Shown: positions 1 through 16,691, counted from the stretch's first letter. The stretch: DNA of 64,000 bases from Piromyces finnis finn (GCA_002104945.1 MCFH01000044.1:186001-250000), one strand, 5' to 3'. Notes: generated by a model not told the origin, from the sequence alone. Translations and numbers: made by a program.

Positions 1-1284
1 AGAGATCAAATTACTAGTTTATACAATTCACTTGTTGAATTCTTTAATGTTTTCAATAACTGCACACAAAGTAATTAATTAATACCTTTTAATAAGATTA
101 TTAAAAAATTTATGTCTAAAGCAATTTATTGTTATTATATTAAAATAAAGAAAGCAATAGTGAAGATGAATTAGACGAATTCCATGATATTATTATGCTT
201 GCTTTAGAATTGGTTGTTAACATTATTTCTATTGGTGATAATGGTGCTAATGATGAAGTTCCAGGATTAACTATTGATTCTGGTGATGTTATTTATACAG
301 CAATGAATATTATTATTCCAATGATTACCGAAAAACTATTATTAGTAAGTTGTAATTTTATATATATACTATTTATAATGATGAAGAAAAATTAGTAATT
401 TTTTTTTATTTTTTCATAATTAAAATAGCAAACTGATTTATGCATAAAATATATTGAAGTTATTAGTGATTTAATTGAATTCTACCCAACTAAATTACCA
501 AAATACGCAGAATCTATTTTACCAAGCATCATAAAATCATTAGAATTCGGAATTAATAGATATCCTTTTTTATACATTTATAGATACTTAAATAATTATA
601 ATATTTATAGAATATTTATTATTTTTCTTAACCCACTTTTTTTTTTTTTTGGTTATTACTGTAATTTATGATGTTGCTAAGGTTGCATTTAATGCCTTAT
701 TGAATCTTTCACAGTATTATAATAACCAAAGATTACAGGGTACTAACTTTGCAGAATTCTTAGAATTAGCATTGAATCATTTATTAGAATTAACTATAAA
801 GACATTACTCTTTGAAAATATTGAACAAGATTTGATTGGCCCAGCTAGTTCTTCTCTTTTAACAATGATCACCGCAAGAAAGGTGGATAATTTTTATTTT
901 CTATTATATTGAATAAAATTGTTATTTTCTATCATTTGAAAAATGTGATATTAACTATTTTTCTTTTTTCTTTTTTTTTTTTTTTTATACAACTAATGTA
1001 TTATGTTTATTCATTTCTACTAATATTAGAATATATACATTGAAATGTGTCAACAAATTATGTTGCAACAACAACAAACAAATGCTCAATATAGTCAACG
1101 TTTAGAAATGGCTTTCACTACCTTAAATAATGGTATAGAAGAAATATTTAATGAAAAAGAAAAAGAGCAACCGGGAAGTGTTCAAACAAAGATATATAAA
1201 TTTAACTATAAGGATTTCAATCAATTTGAAAAATTATTCTCTGCATTTTTAATTAATGTCATTGGATTCTTAAGAACTCATTAA
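1..1284 (+). CDS. XPO4: Exportin-4 (importin-beta family), 3' part; 5' end lies outside the window
   Basis: Spliced exons approx. 1-70, 151-344, 429-559, 660-882, 1030-1284 give ...DVIYTAMNIIIPMITEKLLL..LCIKYIEVISDLIEFYPTKL..SLEFGINSVIYDVAKVAFNAL..QRLEMAFTTL..FSAFLINVIGFLRTH*. This is colinear with the XPO4 C-terminus as recalled (VLYGVNLILPLMSQDLL/SLELGMTSMSSEV/QRLADAFNKL/FMANVGGLLCVK). Confidence 0.85.
560..659 (+). other. U12-type (minor spliceosome) AT-AC intron in XPO4
   Basis: 5' splice site ATATCCTTTT at 560-569, U12-like branch site TTTCTTAAC at 624-632, terminal AC at 658-659. Removal restores the frame (AG|T = Ser, GINS-VIYDVAK). No GT donor is available nearby, and read-through runs out of frame to a stop. 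Confidence 0.85.
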
Positions 1285-1907
1285 ACCTTCAAGATAAAAT
1301 AAACAAATAAACAAATAAATATATATTATTATTTTTATATGTTCTTTAGTTTCTATTTTTTCGTTATTTATTTATTCATTTCATTACATTTACTTTTTTT
1401 TTTTTTTTTCTTAATATATAAAATTAAATTATAAATACAAATATATCATTAATAATATTATAGAATTAGAATTATTCTAATCAACTATTAGTATAAACTA
1501 TTTAATTTATTTTATAATATATATAAAAATAAGATAAAATAAAATAACCTTTTTTTTTTTTTTAAAAAAAAAAAAAGATGGACTTTGATTATATTTAAAA
1601 ATTCTTTTATTTATCTATTCATTTTTTCTTTTATACAATGATGAATTTTATAATATTATAAAAGTATAAGTTGAAGATTAAAATAAAATAAAAAAAAAAA
1701 AAAAAAAAAAAAAAATCTAAAAGTGTGGGTGAGAGAGAAAGAATATATGAAATAAACTAAAATTATAGTAATAATAATAATAACAATAACAATAATAAAT
1801 AGATTTACTATTATGTTAAAGTAAATAAAAATAACAATTAAAAAAAGTTTAAAAGAAATAAAAGATAATATATTTATTTATTTTAAAATTTGAAAAAATA
1901 ATTATTT

Positions 1908-6075
<4,168 letters not shown>

Positions 6076-9061
6076 GTTGAATACTTATAACACTTTTTTC
6101 CAAAAAAAAAAAAAAAAAAAAAAAACAGAATTATTGACGGCTATCTTTTTTTATAAATATGTTGTAACAATATTAATAATACCAATATTAAAATGAAATA
6201 TATTGTAATAATTATAATATTGTTGATAGCTTTTGCTCTTTATATATAATAACTATTTGTTATTATTTATTTAAATAAAAATATCTCTTTTATTTGCTTA
6301 AATGTATAGAATAAAAAAAAAAGAAAAAAAAAAAAAAATTAAATTTCATTAGTATTCTATTTATTTATAAATATAAATATAAATATATAAATATAAATAT
6401 AATAAATAATTAATATATATATGATTTTATGTATAATTATTATACTAATATAGAAAATTACTATAATAATATCATTTATCGTATTCATTCCTTTAGCAAC
6501 AATATCAAGTTTTCTCAATTTTATATTTAATTAACTTATAAAAAAATTATATTTCCATTTTTTATTATTATCGTTATTTTAATTTAATTATAAATTGATT
6601 ACTTAATTGTAACTTATAATTATTACTTATATTTAATTATTTTTTTTTAATTTATTTATGTTTATGAAATATATTTCACCCAAACATTTTTATATCTAAT
6701 ATATAGTATGAAATTTGGTAGGCAACTTTATCGAACACTTGTCTATTGATTTTTAAAAATTTTTGTAACTACATTCAATAAGTAACATTAAGCTCGGTAG
6801 AAAATGATATTCCTATGCTCATTAAATCAGTACTTAATTTTCAAATTATATATATATATATATTTAAATCTTCAATTGTTTATTTATTTTGTATTTATTA
6901 ATTCATGAACATATAAATAAACAATTTTGGTTCATTAATAAAATTTATTTGAAAATTATTATATGATAATAGAATTCTTCATGTTATATAATAAATGTAT
7001 CATAATTATTTATTATTATTTTTTTTCATCTTGTCTAATACATTTCCAGATTTACTATAAATGTAAAAAGCATTTTTCATAATTTAATTATTAATGTTAT
7101 ATATTTTTTCATTCCCTACTATAGAAAGAAATAGAAAATTTCAATAAAATTATTTATCTTACAGATTTAACAAGTTCCAATTATTTTATTTATTATTAAA
7201 AAATATACATATATATTTTTTTTAAAGTTTCAATTAATAATTGTTTATTGGCTTTTTTTTTTTTTTAAAAAAATATATTTTTTATATTTTATTTTAAAAA
7301 AGTATTTTATTAATATTTTTAAAAAAAAATGATAAATTTAAAATTTATATTAATTTATTATTAATGATTAAAATGTATTTTTAATAGACAATTGAAAAAT
7401 CAATCAATAATTTAAATAAATTAAATAGTGAAATATTAATTAATACTATTAATATTAATTTATGATTTAGAAATTGATGAAAAGAATAAAAAAAAAAGAA
7501 GAAAAAAAGATAATACATAAAAATAAAAAAAGAGTATAAATAATTTTAATTTACTATTAAAAAACAAATATTTATTTTCATATTTATCTATTTACTTATC
7601 TGTTTATATATATATTATTTATTTATCACATCTTTATATATTTATACTTACTACTACATTCTAGTGTAATTTGTATCCAAAAATATTTTAAAGGCAATAT
7701 ATTATTTAATACATAAATATATTATAATAATATAATTTATTTTTTTACTATATAAATCTTCATTAAAAATATTTCTTTTTAATATATTGATAATATATGA
7801 TTTTTATTGAATTAAGATAGTAGTTCTAATTCTTAAAAATATATGAAAATTTTTCATTTTATTTCAGTATCATGAATTTTATGTATAGAAAGTTTAACAC
7901 ATGAAATTGAAGAAATGATAATAAAAAGTTATGAATCTAATGAATATTACATATAATGAAATAGTTTTCTAATATTTAATGAAACCAAAGGGATTTGATC
8001 TACTTTCAATCATATTTTATACTATAGTATTTTGTTAAGATTAAATGGCATTTATTTTTTACAATTTCGAAATATTATCATTCTTATTTGTATTTATAGT
8101 TTTTCTTGCATTATAAATTTAATATACTTTATATATAATATTATTTTCTAAATATATTTATCAAATTATTCATTATTTCTCTTTTTTTTTTCTTTTCTAC
8201 TTTTTTTATATTCCCATTTTTCATGTTTTATAGTTTAATAACCACTTTTTTCTTTTTTATTTAAAAGTGGCGTTCATTACCATATTTGGTAATTTAATTT
8301 ATTAAATTTTATTTAATATTTTTGATTATATAAAAACTTATTATTATAATATATTAAATATTACAATAATTTTAAATAAAACCCAAATTTTAAATAATAA
8401 ATAAAAACCACTTTAATAATATTTTTAATTTTTATTTTGATTATTTATTACTAATACACAAACACCCTACGAATAATTAATATGCAAAAAGATGCTCTAA
8501 GAATTGATTATAATAATTCAAATTTTATTTAAAATATTTCATAAAATTTGTTTAAGCATTATTATTATTATTATTAATACTTAAACATATTAATTATATA
8601 TACATATTTATTTATAATATTTTAAGATTTATAAATAATCAAACAAGAGTATTACTATTTTCATATAAAAAAAAATAGAGGAGTTTTATAAAAGTTTCAA
8701 AAAATTCTAGGATTGATATTTAAACATTAATTATATTAATGGAAGGCCAAAGTCAATATAATAAAAAGTGTAATATACTAATATATCATAAATAATAATA
8801 GTTGTAATATTAATGATATTATATAATTTTTTATTGAAATAACTAAAAGATGCTGTTGTTTAAATAATATAATTAATAATATTTTGTATCTATAGATAAA
8901 TTTAAAAATCCTTCTGATTAAATATTTTTGAATAAATTATATATGTCGCAGTTATCTTAAAAGTTTATATATTCATGTGAATGTTATTATTATTAAATCT
9001 GACATAACTTTTAATAATAAAGTTCATGTTCTGAAAAAAATATTAAATAATTCTCATATCT

Positions 9062-9532
9062 TTATTTTTTTTCTATAAAAAATTTATCATTCCATCTATC
9101 TAACATTTTATAAATTCTCTCTTCTGGAACATTATGAATAGTTCTTTTAGCTAACTCCTTAACATCTCTTCTTTTCCACCATGGAGTATCTGGTTCACGA
9201 ACTTGAATATCATAACCATACTGAATAGCCATTTCAATATAAACTTTGGCTTCTCTATATCTAACATTAGTATTATCAATGATAATAGGTGTTGTTCCTT
9301 TTCCACAATGTTCTCTACAGCGGTTCTGATTAAATCTATGGGCATCTACAATTTTCGATGAATCATATTTATAAACACCATTTTCTATAAAGAAATCGTC
9401 ACTTGATAAGATAATACCTTGACTTTTATAATTATTAAGAAGTGATTTAGCTAAGGTAGATTTTCCTGAACCTGGTAAACCTCTTAAAATAATCATAATT
9501 TTTTTATATTCGTTAATACTTATATCTTCCAT
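9062..9532 (-). CDS. Stand-alone N4BP2/N4BP2L-like P-loop (AAA_33, polynucleotide kinase-like) protein
   Basis: Single coding exon (ATG 9532) with Walker A IILRGLPGSGKSTLA, plus LSSDDFF, PIIIDNTN, REPDTPWW, ELAKRTIHNVP and KMLDRW, all typical of the N4BP2-family kinase domain. Confidence 0.8.
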   Translation of the reverse strand: MEDISINEYKKIMIILRGLPGSGKSTLAKSLLNNYKSQGIILSSDDFFIENGVYKYDSSKIVDAHRFNQNRCREHCGKGTTPIIIDNTNVRYREAKVYIEMAIQYGYDIQVREPDTPWWKRRDVKELAKRTIHNVPEERIYKMLDRWNDKFFIEKK

Positions 9533-11290
9533 ATTCAACAATATTTTTTCTATTAACTCTGTTTATTATCTTATTTTTTTGATGAACTAAAAGTATTTGT
9601 GTATATATATATAAGAAAATTTTCAATTAATATTCTATCTTTTTTATTAATTATTATTAGTAAACTTAGCCTCTTTATTAATATTTAAAAATTACGCTTT
9701 CTCTCTCTTTCTCTTTTTTTTTTTTTTTTATAACTGAATGGTTTAATGAAATAAAAGAAAATATACATATTTTCTCTTTATATATTTTTTTAATGTTAGA
9801 TTAAATTTTATGGTTAAGTAAATTTTTAAACCATAAAAATTTATTAAATTTTAATATATTCATTAATTCCAACAAAAAAAGAAAATTAAATATATAAACT
9901 TCTGGATTAATCATTAATATTAATTACAAACAAGCAAAAAAAAAAAAAACAAAAAAAAAAACAAATTTTATCCATGGTTATACATACTATGTTATATATT
10001 TCAAATAGGCTAACAATATTTATAATACATTTATAATACTAATCACAAAAATGATAAAAGATATCGAATAAGTGATTGGGACAATAACAGCCAATAATAT
10101 TCGTAATATAAATGAATTGATATAGGGATATATGGATAAATTGATTATAAAGTAATAGCAAATAATATAAAAATATTATATGACTTTATATTTTATTATG
10201 TTAATTATTTTAAAAAATAATAAATATATATCTTTACTCCACAATGAAAAAAAATGTAAAGTAATATATATATGTATGTTTGTATGTTTCCTATAATCTT
10301 AGACAATTATTCATTAATATTAACAAGTTAGAAAACACCTCAGTATTAATAATACTTTTTGTTTTAATAAAGTTCAAGAAATTAATTGTTATCATAAATG
10401 ATTCGATTATAGTTAAAATACTTTTTTTTTAATTGTATAAATTATTGTAATTTGAAAATTTTATAAAGTTTATAGTAAACAAGATCCTTTATAAGATTTA
10501 CATTTCATTATTAAATATTAATTTTATATATTAAAGAAACACATATAATAAAATGAACATATGAAAAAAAAAATTAAAATATTGAACTGTAAGAGGCATT
10601 AATATACAAAAATTAAAAAGTGGGATACATCTAGTTATCGAAAGTATTATTCTAATCACTACTATTCTAATAGATATATAATAAATGATATGAGATTTAT
10701 TGATTGTACTGTAGTTTTTTTTTTTTTTTTTGTTAAAAAAAAAGGATCTTAACAAAAAGTATAATTATCGTATAACATGATATATAACTATATATTTATT
10801 TTATATCTTTATTATTAAATTTAAATATTACTTTAACGAAAAATACTTATTTCCTTTTTTCTTTCTTTTTTTTTTTTTTTTTAGAAAATTAATATATTAA
10901 TAAGTTTGTAAAAATTATTGTTAAATACACAAAAAAAGAAAATTCGTTTTTGTAAAATAGTATATAAACTAAAAAATTCTATTGGTTAGTACAAGTAATT
11001 TAATTTTTCTTATATAATTTTAATTATATTAATTTTATTAATTAAATCTTATTTTTATGATATTTTTTATTAATGAACAAATAAATAAAAATTAAAATTT
11101 TATTATTTAATGATTGTTAAAGACTTGTAGTAAAGTAACTTAATATTTATTTTTTTATAGAGAAAATCTAGTAATTAATATTTTTTTTATTTTTAATTAA
11201 CATCTAAATTTATTATTTACACTATCCAGACCTTTCTAAATTCATATAAATAATAATTACAAAAAAAAAAATAAATAAATAAATAAGAAA

Positions 11291-11949
11291 TTAAACAATA
11301 TTAGTATCTTTGGTAATCTTAGGTGATGTTTTATTTTTCTTAATTCTATTACTTTTACTATTACCAAAATTAATATAATAAATATAGCCAAATACAACGA
11401 TAATTATTATTAAAATCAAAGAATATATAATGATTGATGAGACTATATCTGAAGAATGGCAATTACCTTGAAAATGACAAATATTATTTTGACAGGTGTT
11501 AGAAGCACAATCATCATCATTATTACAATAATAACCATCTAGTCTTCCACAAGTCATTTAATAGTTGATGAAAAGATAAAGATATTATAATGATAGGTAT
11601 CTTGACATTTTTCAATTTCTATATTATTTTTACAATTACCATCATAGTCTTCTTTACAATGATCATTTCTAATGCAATGATTCTCCACACACTTATTTGA
11701 TAAACAATCAGAATTTGATTCACATTCAATTGTATCAGCACAATATATTAGATTTTAAGATAATAAATCATGATTTTCAAATTCACAAACATCAGCAATG
11801 TAACTTTTCATGTTTCCATTAGAATCTGGAAATTCTACAGTTGATTTAGAATAATTTATACGAGTTGCTGACGAACAAATTTCACCCTTACAATAAATTT
11901 TAATTCCACAGCGTTTTAAGTATTTATAGTTGCCATTACTTATATACAC
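11291..11949 (-). pseudogene. Disrupted Cys-rich single-pass membrane protein gene (family expanded in anaerobic fungi, sometimes auto-annotated Dickkopf-like)
   Basis: Continuous Cys-rich reading ...KRCGIKIYCKGEICSS..IADVCEF..DLLS*NLIYCADTIECESNSDCLSNKCVENHC.., then a frameshift near 11558 into MTCGRLDGYYCNNDDDCASNTCQNNIC, a TM helix and a basic tail. In-frame TAA at 11755-11757; no in-frame ATG at the 5' end. Confidence 0.65.
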
Positions 11950-12470
11950 ATTATTTTAATTATTGTTATTTCTTTTTTTTTCTTTCTTTATTTTGGGATT
12001 TTTTTTTATTTTTTAAAAAAAAAACTTTCAAGGATAATTTATCGTTATTAACATATTTAATTTTAATTAAATTGAAAAAAAGATAATAATTAAAGTTCAA
12101 TATTATTTATAATAATATATTTTAATGATGTTAAAACATATATTTAATTTTAATATCAAAATAAATATGTATTATACATTTTGGTGACACATTTTTGGCA
12201 GTAAATGTTTTCATTTAATACAACTACCATAATTAAAAATAAAAACTTTAAAAGTGTATATTTTAATATAAACAGCTATCAATAGAAATATTTATGTTAC
12301 AAGAAAAAGATTATTTGACATGTAAATATAAAGTTTTTTTTTAAAAAAAAATTATATAATATTTTAATTTTTCAATCAGTAATATAAGTTTTTTAATTTT
12401 ATAATCATATATCTTTACAACATTTTTATTACATTTTTATGCATTTTATAATTTACTAAAAAGAAGAAAT

Positions 12471-12473
<3 letters not shown>

Positions 12474-12527
<54 letters not shown>
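12474..12527. repeat. (AAT)n microsatellite, intergenic
   Basis: Direct taataataa tract of about 18 units. Confidence 0.9.
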
Positions 12528-12531
<4 letters not shown>

Positions 12532-12928
12532 TAATACTTAAAGTGAAATATTAAATATGATGATATATAATTATTTTAAGTAGAAATATAAAATTTTAGT
12601 GAAAAAATTATTAACAAATTATTATAATTATTTCAATAATATGTATTACTGTGAAAAAAAAAACTTGATTAAAATTAAATTACAAGCGAGATTAATTTCT
12701 ACTTAAATTATATATGAAAACAAAATATATATATAAAAGATAAATAAGGAACATTGCTATGATTATGTGGAATTTTACTAAAATTTATTATATTTATAGT
12801 TTTTAAAAAGGTTATTAAATAATAAAATATTATTTAATTTTTAATCTTGTAATTTAGGAAATTAATATATATATATTTTTAATTTTTTTAAATTTATAGT
12901 GAAAAATTACATTTTTTAAATAATAATT

Positions 12929-14146
12929 ATGAAGAAAAAAACTTCGGAGCCAACAAAGAAAAAAGGAAAAAAAAAAAAGGTTGTTAAAAAAAAAGAAACA
13001 CCAGTGTGGGGTGATCCTGATTGTAAATCATTTTTATACCATCCAGTTACTGGTAAACCGTTAAATCCATTTCCAAATTTAAAAGAACAAGAATCAATTA
13101 TACCTTTTTTTTCAGATAGAGTAGAACAAAGAAGAAACGAATTAAAATTTAAAAAAAATGAACAAGAAGAAGATCAAACAAAATCATTATATAAACCAAT
13201 TAATTTTATGTCTTTTGGTATGACAAAAGAAAGTTATGAAGAAGAAAAACAGAAGCCAAGAATGATTATGGATTTGCATAGATTTGAATGGATGAATAAA
13301 GAATCATGGATTAGATGTCGACTTCGACAAAAAGGATGGGCTTATCATGATATGTTTTTAAATGTTCAATGTAGCTGGACATTACTAAGATTAAAATTGG
13401 AAATTAAAAAGCATTTATTTGAAGGATCTCTATTACTTGATAATATTTTAATTTATAAAAATGATATATCAAAACAAAAACAAGATATCGAAGATGATAA
13501 AGAAGAAATTAATAATAATGACAATAGTAATGATAATTCTGATGATAATAATAGTAATAATAATGATGAAACGTCAAATGTCATTCATTCTTTTAATAAC
13601 TCGAAATCTTTATTGGATATGAACAATTTAGATAATAATCAAAAAGATGATTTATTGGAAATATTTTCTAAAGATCAAGAATGTAAAGAACCTCTTTATA
13701 AACTTTTCCCAAGAATTCGTTATTTAAAATCTATTGGAAATATGATACCATTTAATGAAGGTTATGCAAAATGTGATGACAATGAATATCCGATTTTAGT
13801 TGTAGGTCAACATCCAATTCATATTTATGAACCACCTCCACCGCCACCACCACCAGAAAAAAAGGAAGTAAAAAAAAAGAAGAAAGGAACAGGAACTAAG
13901 AAAAAAGCTTCAACTTTAACTAAACCAAAAAAAGTTGTAAAAAAAAAGAAAAAAAAGGAAGAGGAAATACCACCTCCTGAAGAAATTGATCCTAATATAT
14001 CACAAGAACCAAATGATAGTGAATTATTAGATATGAAGGATGAAAATATTCAACTTTATACTGAACCCAATAAAATTTTGAAAAATCCTGATCAATATCT
14101 TTACATATTTTTTGATGTAAATTCCCCCTTTGTCCCATCATTATAA
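12929..14146 (+). CDS. Hypothetical protein: Lys-rich ends, poly-Pro tract, possible ubiquitin-like core
   Basis: Uninterrupted 405-codon ORF with ATG and coding-like GC in an AT-rich background. No family recognised with certainty. Confidence 0.75.
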   Translation: MKKKTSEPTKKKGKKKKVVKKKETPVWGDPDCKSFLYHPVTGKPLNPFPNLKEQESIIPFFSDRVEQRRNELKFKKNEQEEDQTKSLYKPINFMSFGMTKESYEEEKQKPRMIMDLHRFEWMNKESWIRCRLRQKGWAYHDMFLNVQCSWTLLRLKLEIKKHLFEGSLLLDNILIYKNDISKQKQDIEDDKEEINNNDNSNDNSDDNNSNNNDETSNVIHSFNNSKSLLDMNNLDNNQKDDLLEIFSKDQECKEPLYKLFPRIRYLKSIGNMIPFNEGYAKCDDNEYPILVVGQHPIHIYEPPPPPPPPEKKEVKKKKKGTGTKKKASTLTKPKKVVKKKKKKEEEIPPPEEIDPNISQEPNDSELLDMKDENIQLYTEPNKILKNPDQYLYIFFDVNSPFVPSL

Positions 14147-14575
14147 TTATACTAAAATTTAATAATTATTATCAATAATATCATCAATAAATTATAAATA
14201 ATAACAATAATAATGAGTTTAATACCATTTTAAACATTATTAAATTAACTACAAACTCATTATAATATTCCTTTAAATTTATCAAAATATAAAATTACTA
14301 ATTACTACATTAAGTTATATTTATTATCTTCTTTAATTAATATATATAATAAAGTATTACTTAAGATGTTAAAAATCATTAAAACTATATGATAAAAAAA
14401 GAGAAAAGAAAGTTTTTATTTTTTTATTTTAAAAATAAATTTATTATTTTAATTTTTATTTTATTAAAATAATAATACTTTTTAATTTAGCTTTTTTTCT
14501 TTTTTATTTTTATTTTTATTTTTTATTTTTATTTTTTTTTTGCTTTTTGCTTTTTGCTTTTTATTTTTGTTAAAA

Positions 14576-14576
<1 letters not shown>

Positions 14577-14622
<46 letters not shown>

Positions 14623-14663
14623 TTTTTATAAATACAATAATTTTGTTTACATATATGATAAAT

Positions 14664-14701
<38 letters not shown>
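14577..14701. repeat. (TAT)n microsatellite plus a long poly-T tract between convergent genes
   Basis: tattattat tract at about 14577-14620 and a T run of about 33 nt at about 14669-14701. Confidence 0.85.
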
Positions 14702-14705
<4 letters not shown>

Positions 14706-14779
14706 ATTTACATAAATGTTTTTTTTTCTTAATTATGTTTATATTTAGTGTTTAAATTTTACTTTTATTTTAAAAAGGT

Positions 14780-16691
14780 TTACTTTTGTGGTCCTTCATC
14801 TTGTTTGTTGAAATCTCTAATATTGGTGGTTTCCATTGGGGTACCAATAAAGTTAATTTGATTGATAACAGTTGTATCTTCGTCTTCTAAATTACTTTCA
14901 ACAAAGAGACTATAATAATTCATATATATTAATAAAGAAACATATTAATGATTATTTATTTGTTTATTATTAGTAATGTATATTTATTAGGAAATATTGA
15001 AAAAGTATATATATATTTTTGATGGTGAAATACATACACAATACTAGTGACAAATTGGTAACGAACAAATTTTAAATTAGTAACATTTGATGGTTCAAAA
15101 TCTTTTTCAGTTAATTCAAGAACTTCAGTTTCCTTGGAATCTTCAGCTTCATCAAAATCAAGTGTTTTTAAATTGATGAAGGTCTTGACTGTTTTTGGAC
15201 CATTATCTAATTAAAAAATATATATATATATATATTAATATATTAACTTAGTATTAGAAATGTTTTGATAAACAAATATTTCTAGTATTTTAAAAAGAAA
15301 AGTATTTGAGTATTAATAATTTACTCTTTGGTGCAGTAAATTTAATAGAATGAAGTTTGACAGCACAGGTAAATGGAACAACAATAATAAGTTGTTCATC
15401 AGCTTCAGATTCTAAGTAAGAATTATCATTCTTTAAAATATTCAAAACATCATGATTTGTGGCTTGATTTAAAGCATGAACTTGAGTTTTATCGATAAAA
15501 GCGCTTAAATCTGACTATTTTTTTTTTTTTGGCAATGTTAAAAAAAAAAAAAAATATATTAATAGGTAATTAAAAAAATCATAAAAAGTGTTTTTTATTT
15601 TTGTTTATTTTTCTTATCATTACATGTCCTGGAACACTATATGGTGTTTCACTAGTTTCACCTTGGTATTGTTTAATGGTATCTTCTAATTTTTTTTTAT
15701 CAGCACCTTTTATTTCTGCAATTTTTGCACCAGCACGATAGAACTTATTATTTTTATTAATATTATTGTTAATATTATTAAAGAAAAAAGAGAATATATT
15801 GTTCATATTATTAACATTTAATAAGAAAAAACTTTAAAATTATTATATTATTTAATAATTACTTGGAAAGTTGGCATAGCAACAATGGAACATCCTTGTG
15901 CAACATCCTAAATTAATTTGATTATTTTATAATTAGATTAAAAAATTTTATTGAAAATTTTTTTAAGCTTGAATGTTCGTAAATTGTAGTACCTTGGCTT
16001 GGTCAACATCAACTTTAGTAAAGAGAACATGACTTAATGTTTTTATATTGATTATATTTTTTTATTGTTGGTATATAGAATTATTAATTTTTTGTAAATT
16101 TTTTATTTTTTAAAGTGGAATATATAATCAATTAAATATTAAAAATTAATTTTCATATTAGAATGAATGCTTTTTGGTTTTATTAATGACATTATTAATA
16201 ATAAATCATTTACTTCAATAAGAAGTTTACCTATATTTTAAACTAAGTTGATTATAGATAGGAGCAATTTGCTTGCATGGACCACACCCTGTTTTACAAA
16301 TTCATAAAAAAAAATTTTAATTGAAATTTTATATAGTTGATCTTGCTAATAATAAATATTTTTTAAAATATTTTAAAATCTTTATTTTTAAATTTCATTA
16401 TAAATTAAATTATATAAAATATTTTTTTTTTTTTATTTTTTGTTTTATATTTACAAGTAGCGAAAAAATCAACAACAACCTATATAAAATAATATATATT
16501 TAATATATATATAAATTAGCATTATTTTAATTTATAGCTTTATTATTTAAAAAATAATTTGGATATTTTATGTTTATATTTAAATATTAAAATATTTTTA
16601 TTTTTCTCCTTACTAATTTTTTTTTGTCTGCGTTGATAACTTTTTGCTTAAATTCAGCGGCATTAGTAATGTGAAGAACTGGACCTTCCAT
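14780..16691 (-). CDS. TXNL1: Thioredoxin-like protein 1 (thioredoxin + PITH domain)
   Basis: Nine frame-consistent exons: 16691-16614, 16479-16455, 16288-16231, 16032-15993, 15907-15863, 15743-15624, 15514-15325, 15206-15038, 14909-14780. Encodes VVVDFFATWCGPCKQIAP, AMPTFQ and PITH motifs LESEADEQL, VKLHSIKF, LKFVRYQFV. Mostly missed by the ORF track. Confidence 0.92.

Noticed and set aside
6708-6749. MKFGRQLYRTLVY resembles the start of an SPX domain
   Set aside because: It stops after 13 codons, with no PEW/Y-DY-LKK continuation and no usable splice to further exons. Probably chance.
8230-8295. Two small hairpins (CCACTTTT/AAAAGTGG and ATTACCA/TGGTAAT), possible snoRNA
   Set aside because: No convincing H/ACA or C/D boxes, and short stems are expected in such AT-rich DNA.
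9990-10755. Hydrophobic minus-strand readings, including ORF 10531-10755
   Set aside because: T-rich strands yield I/L/F/Y-rich pseudo-TM text by composition. No start, splice structure or family motif.
14540-16503. ORF-track calls 14540-14755(+) and 16321-16503(+)
   Set aside because: Low-complexity or intronic antisense readings. The region is explained by TXNL1 and microsatellites.
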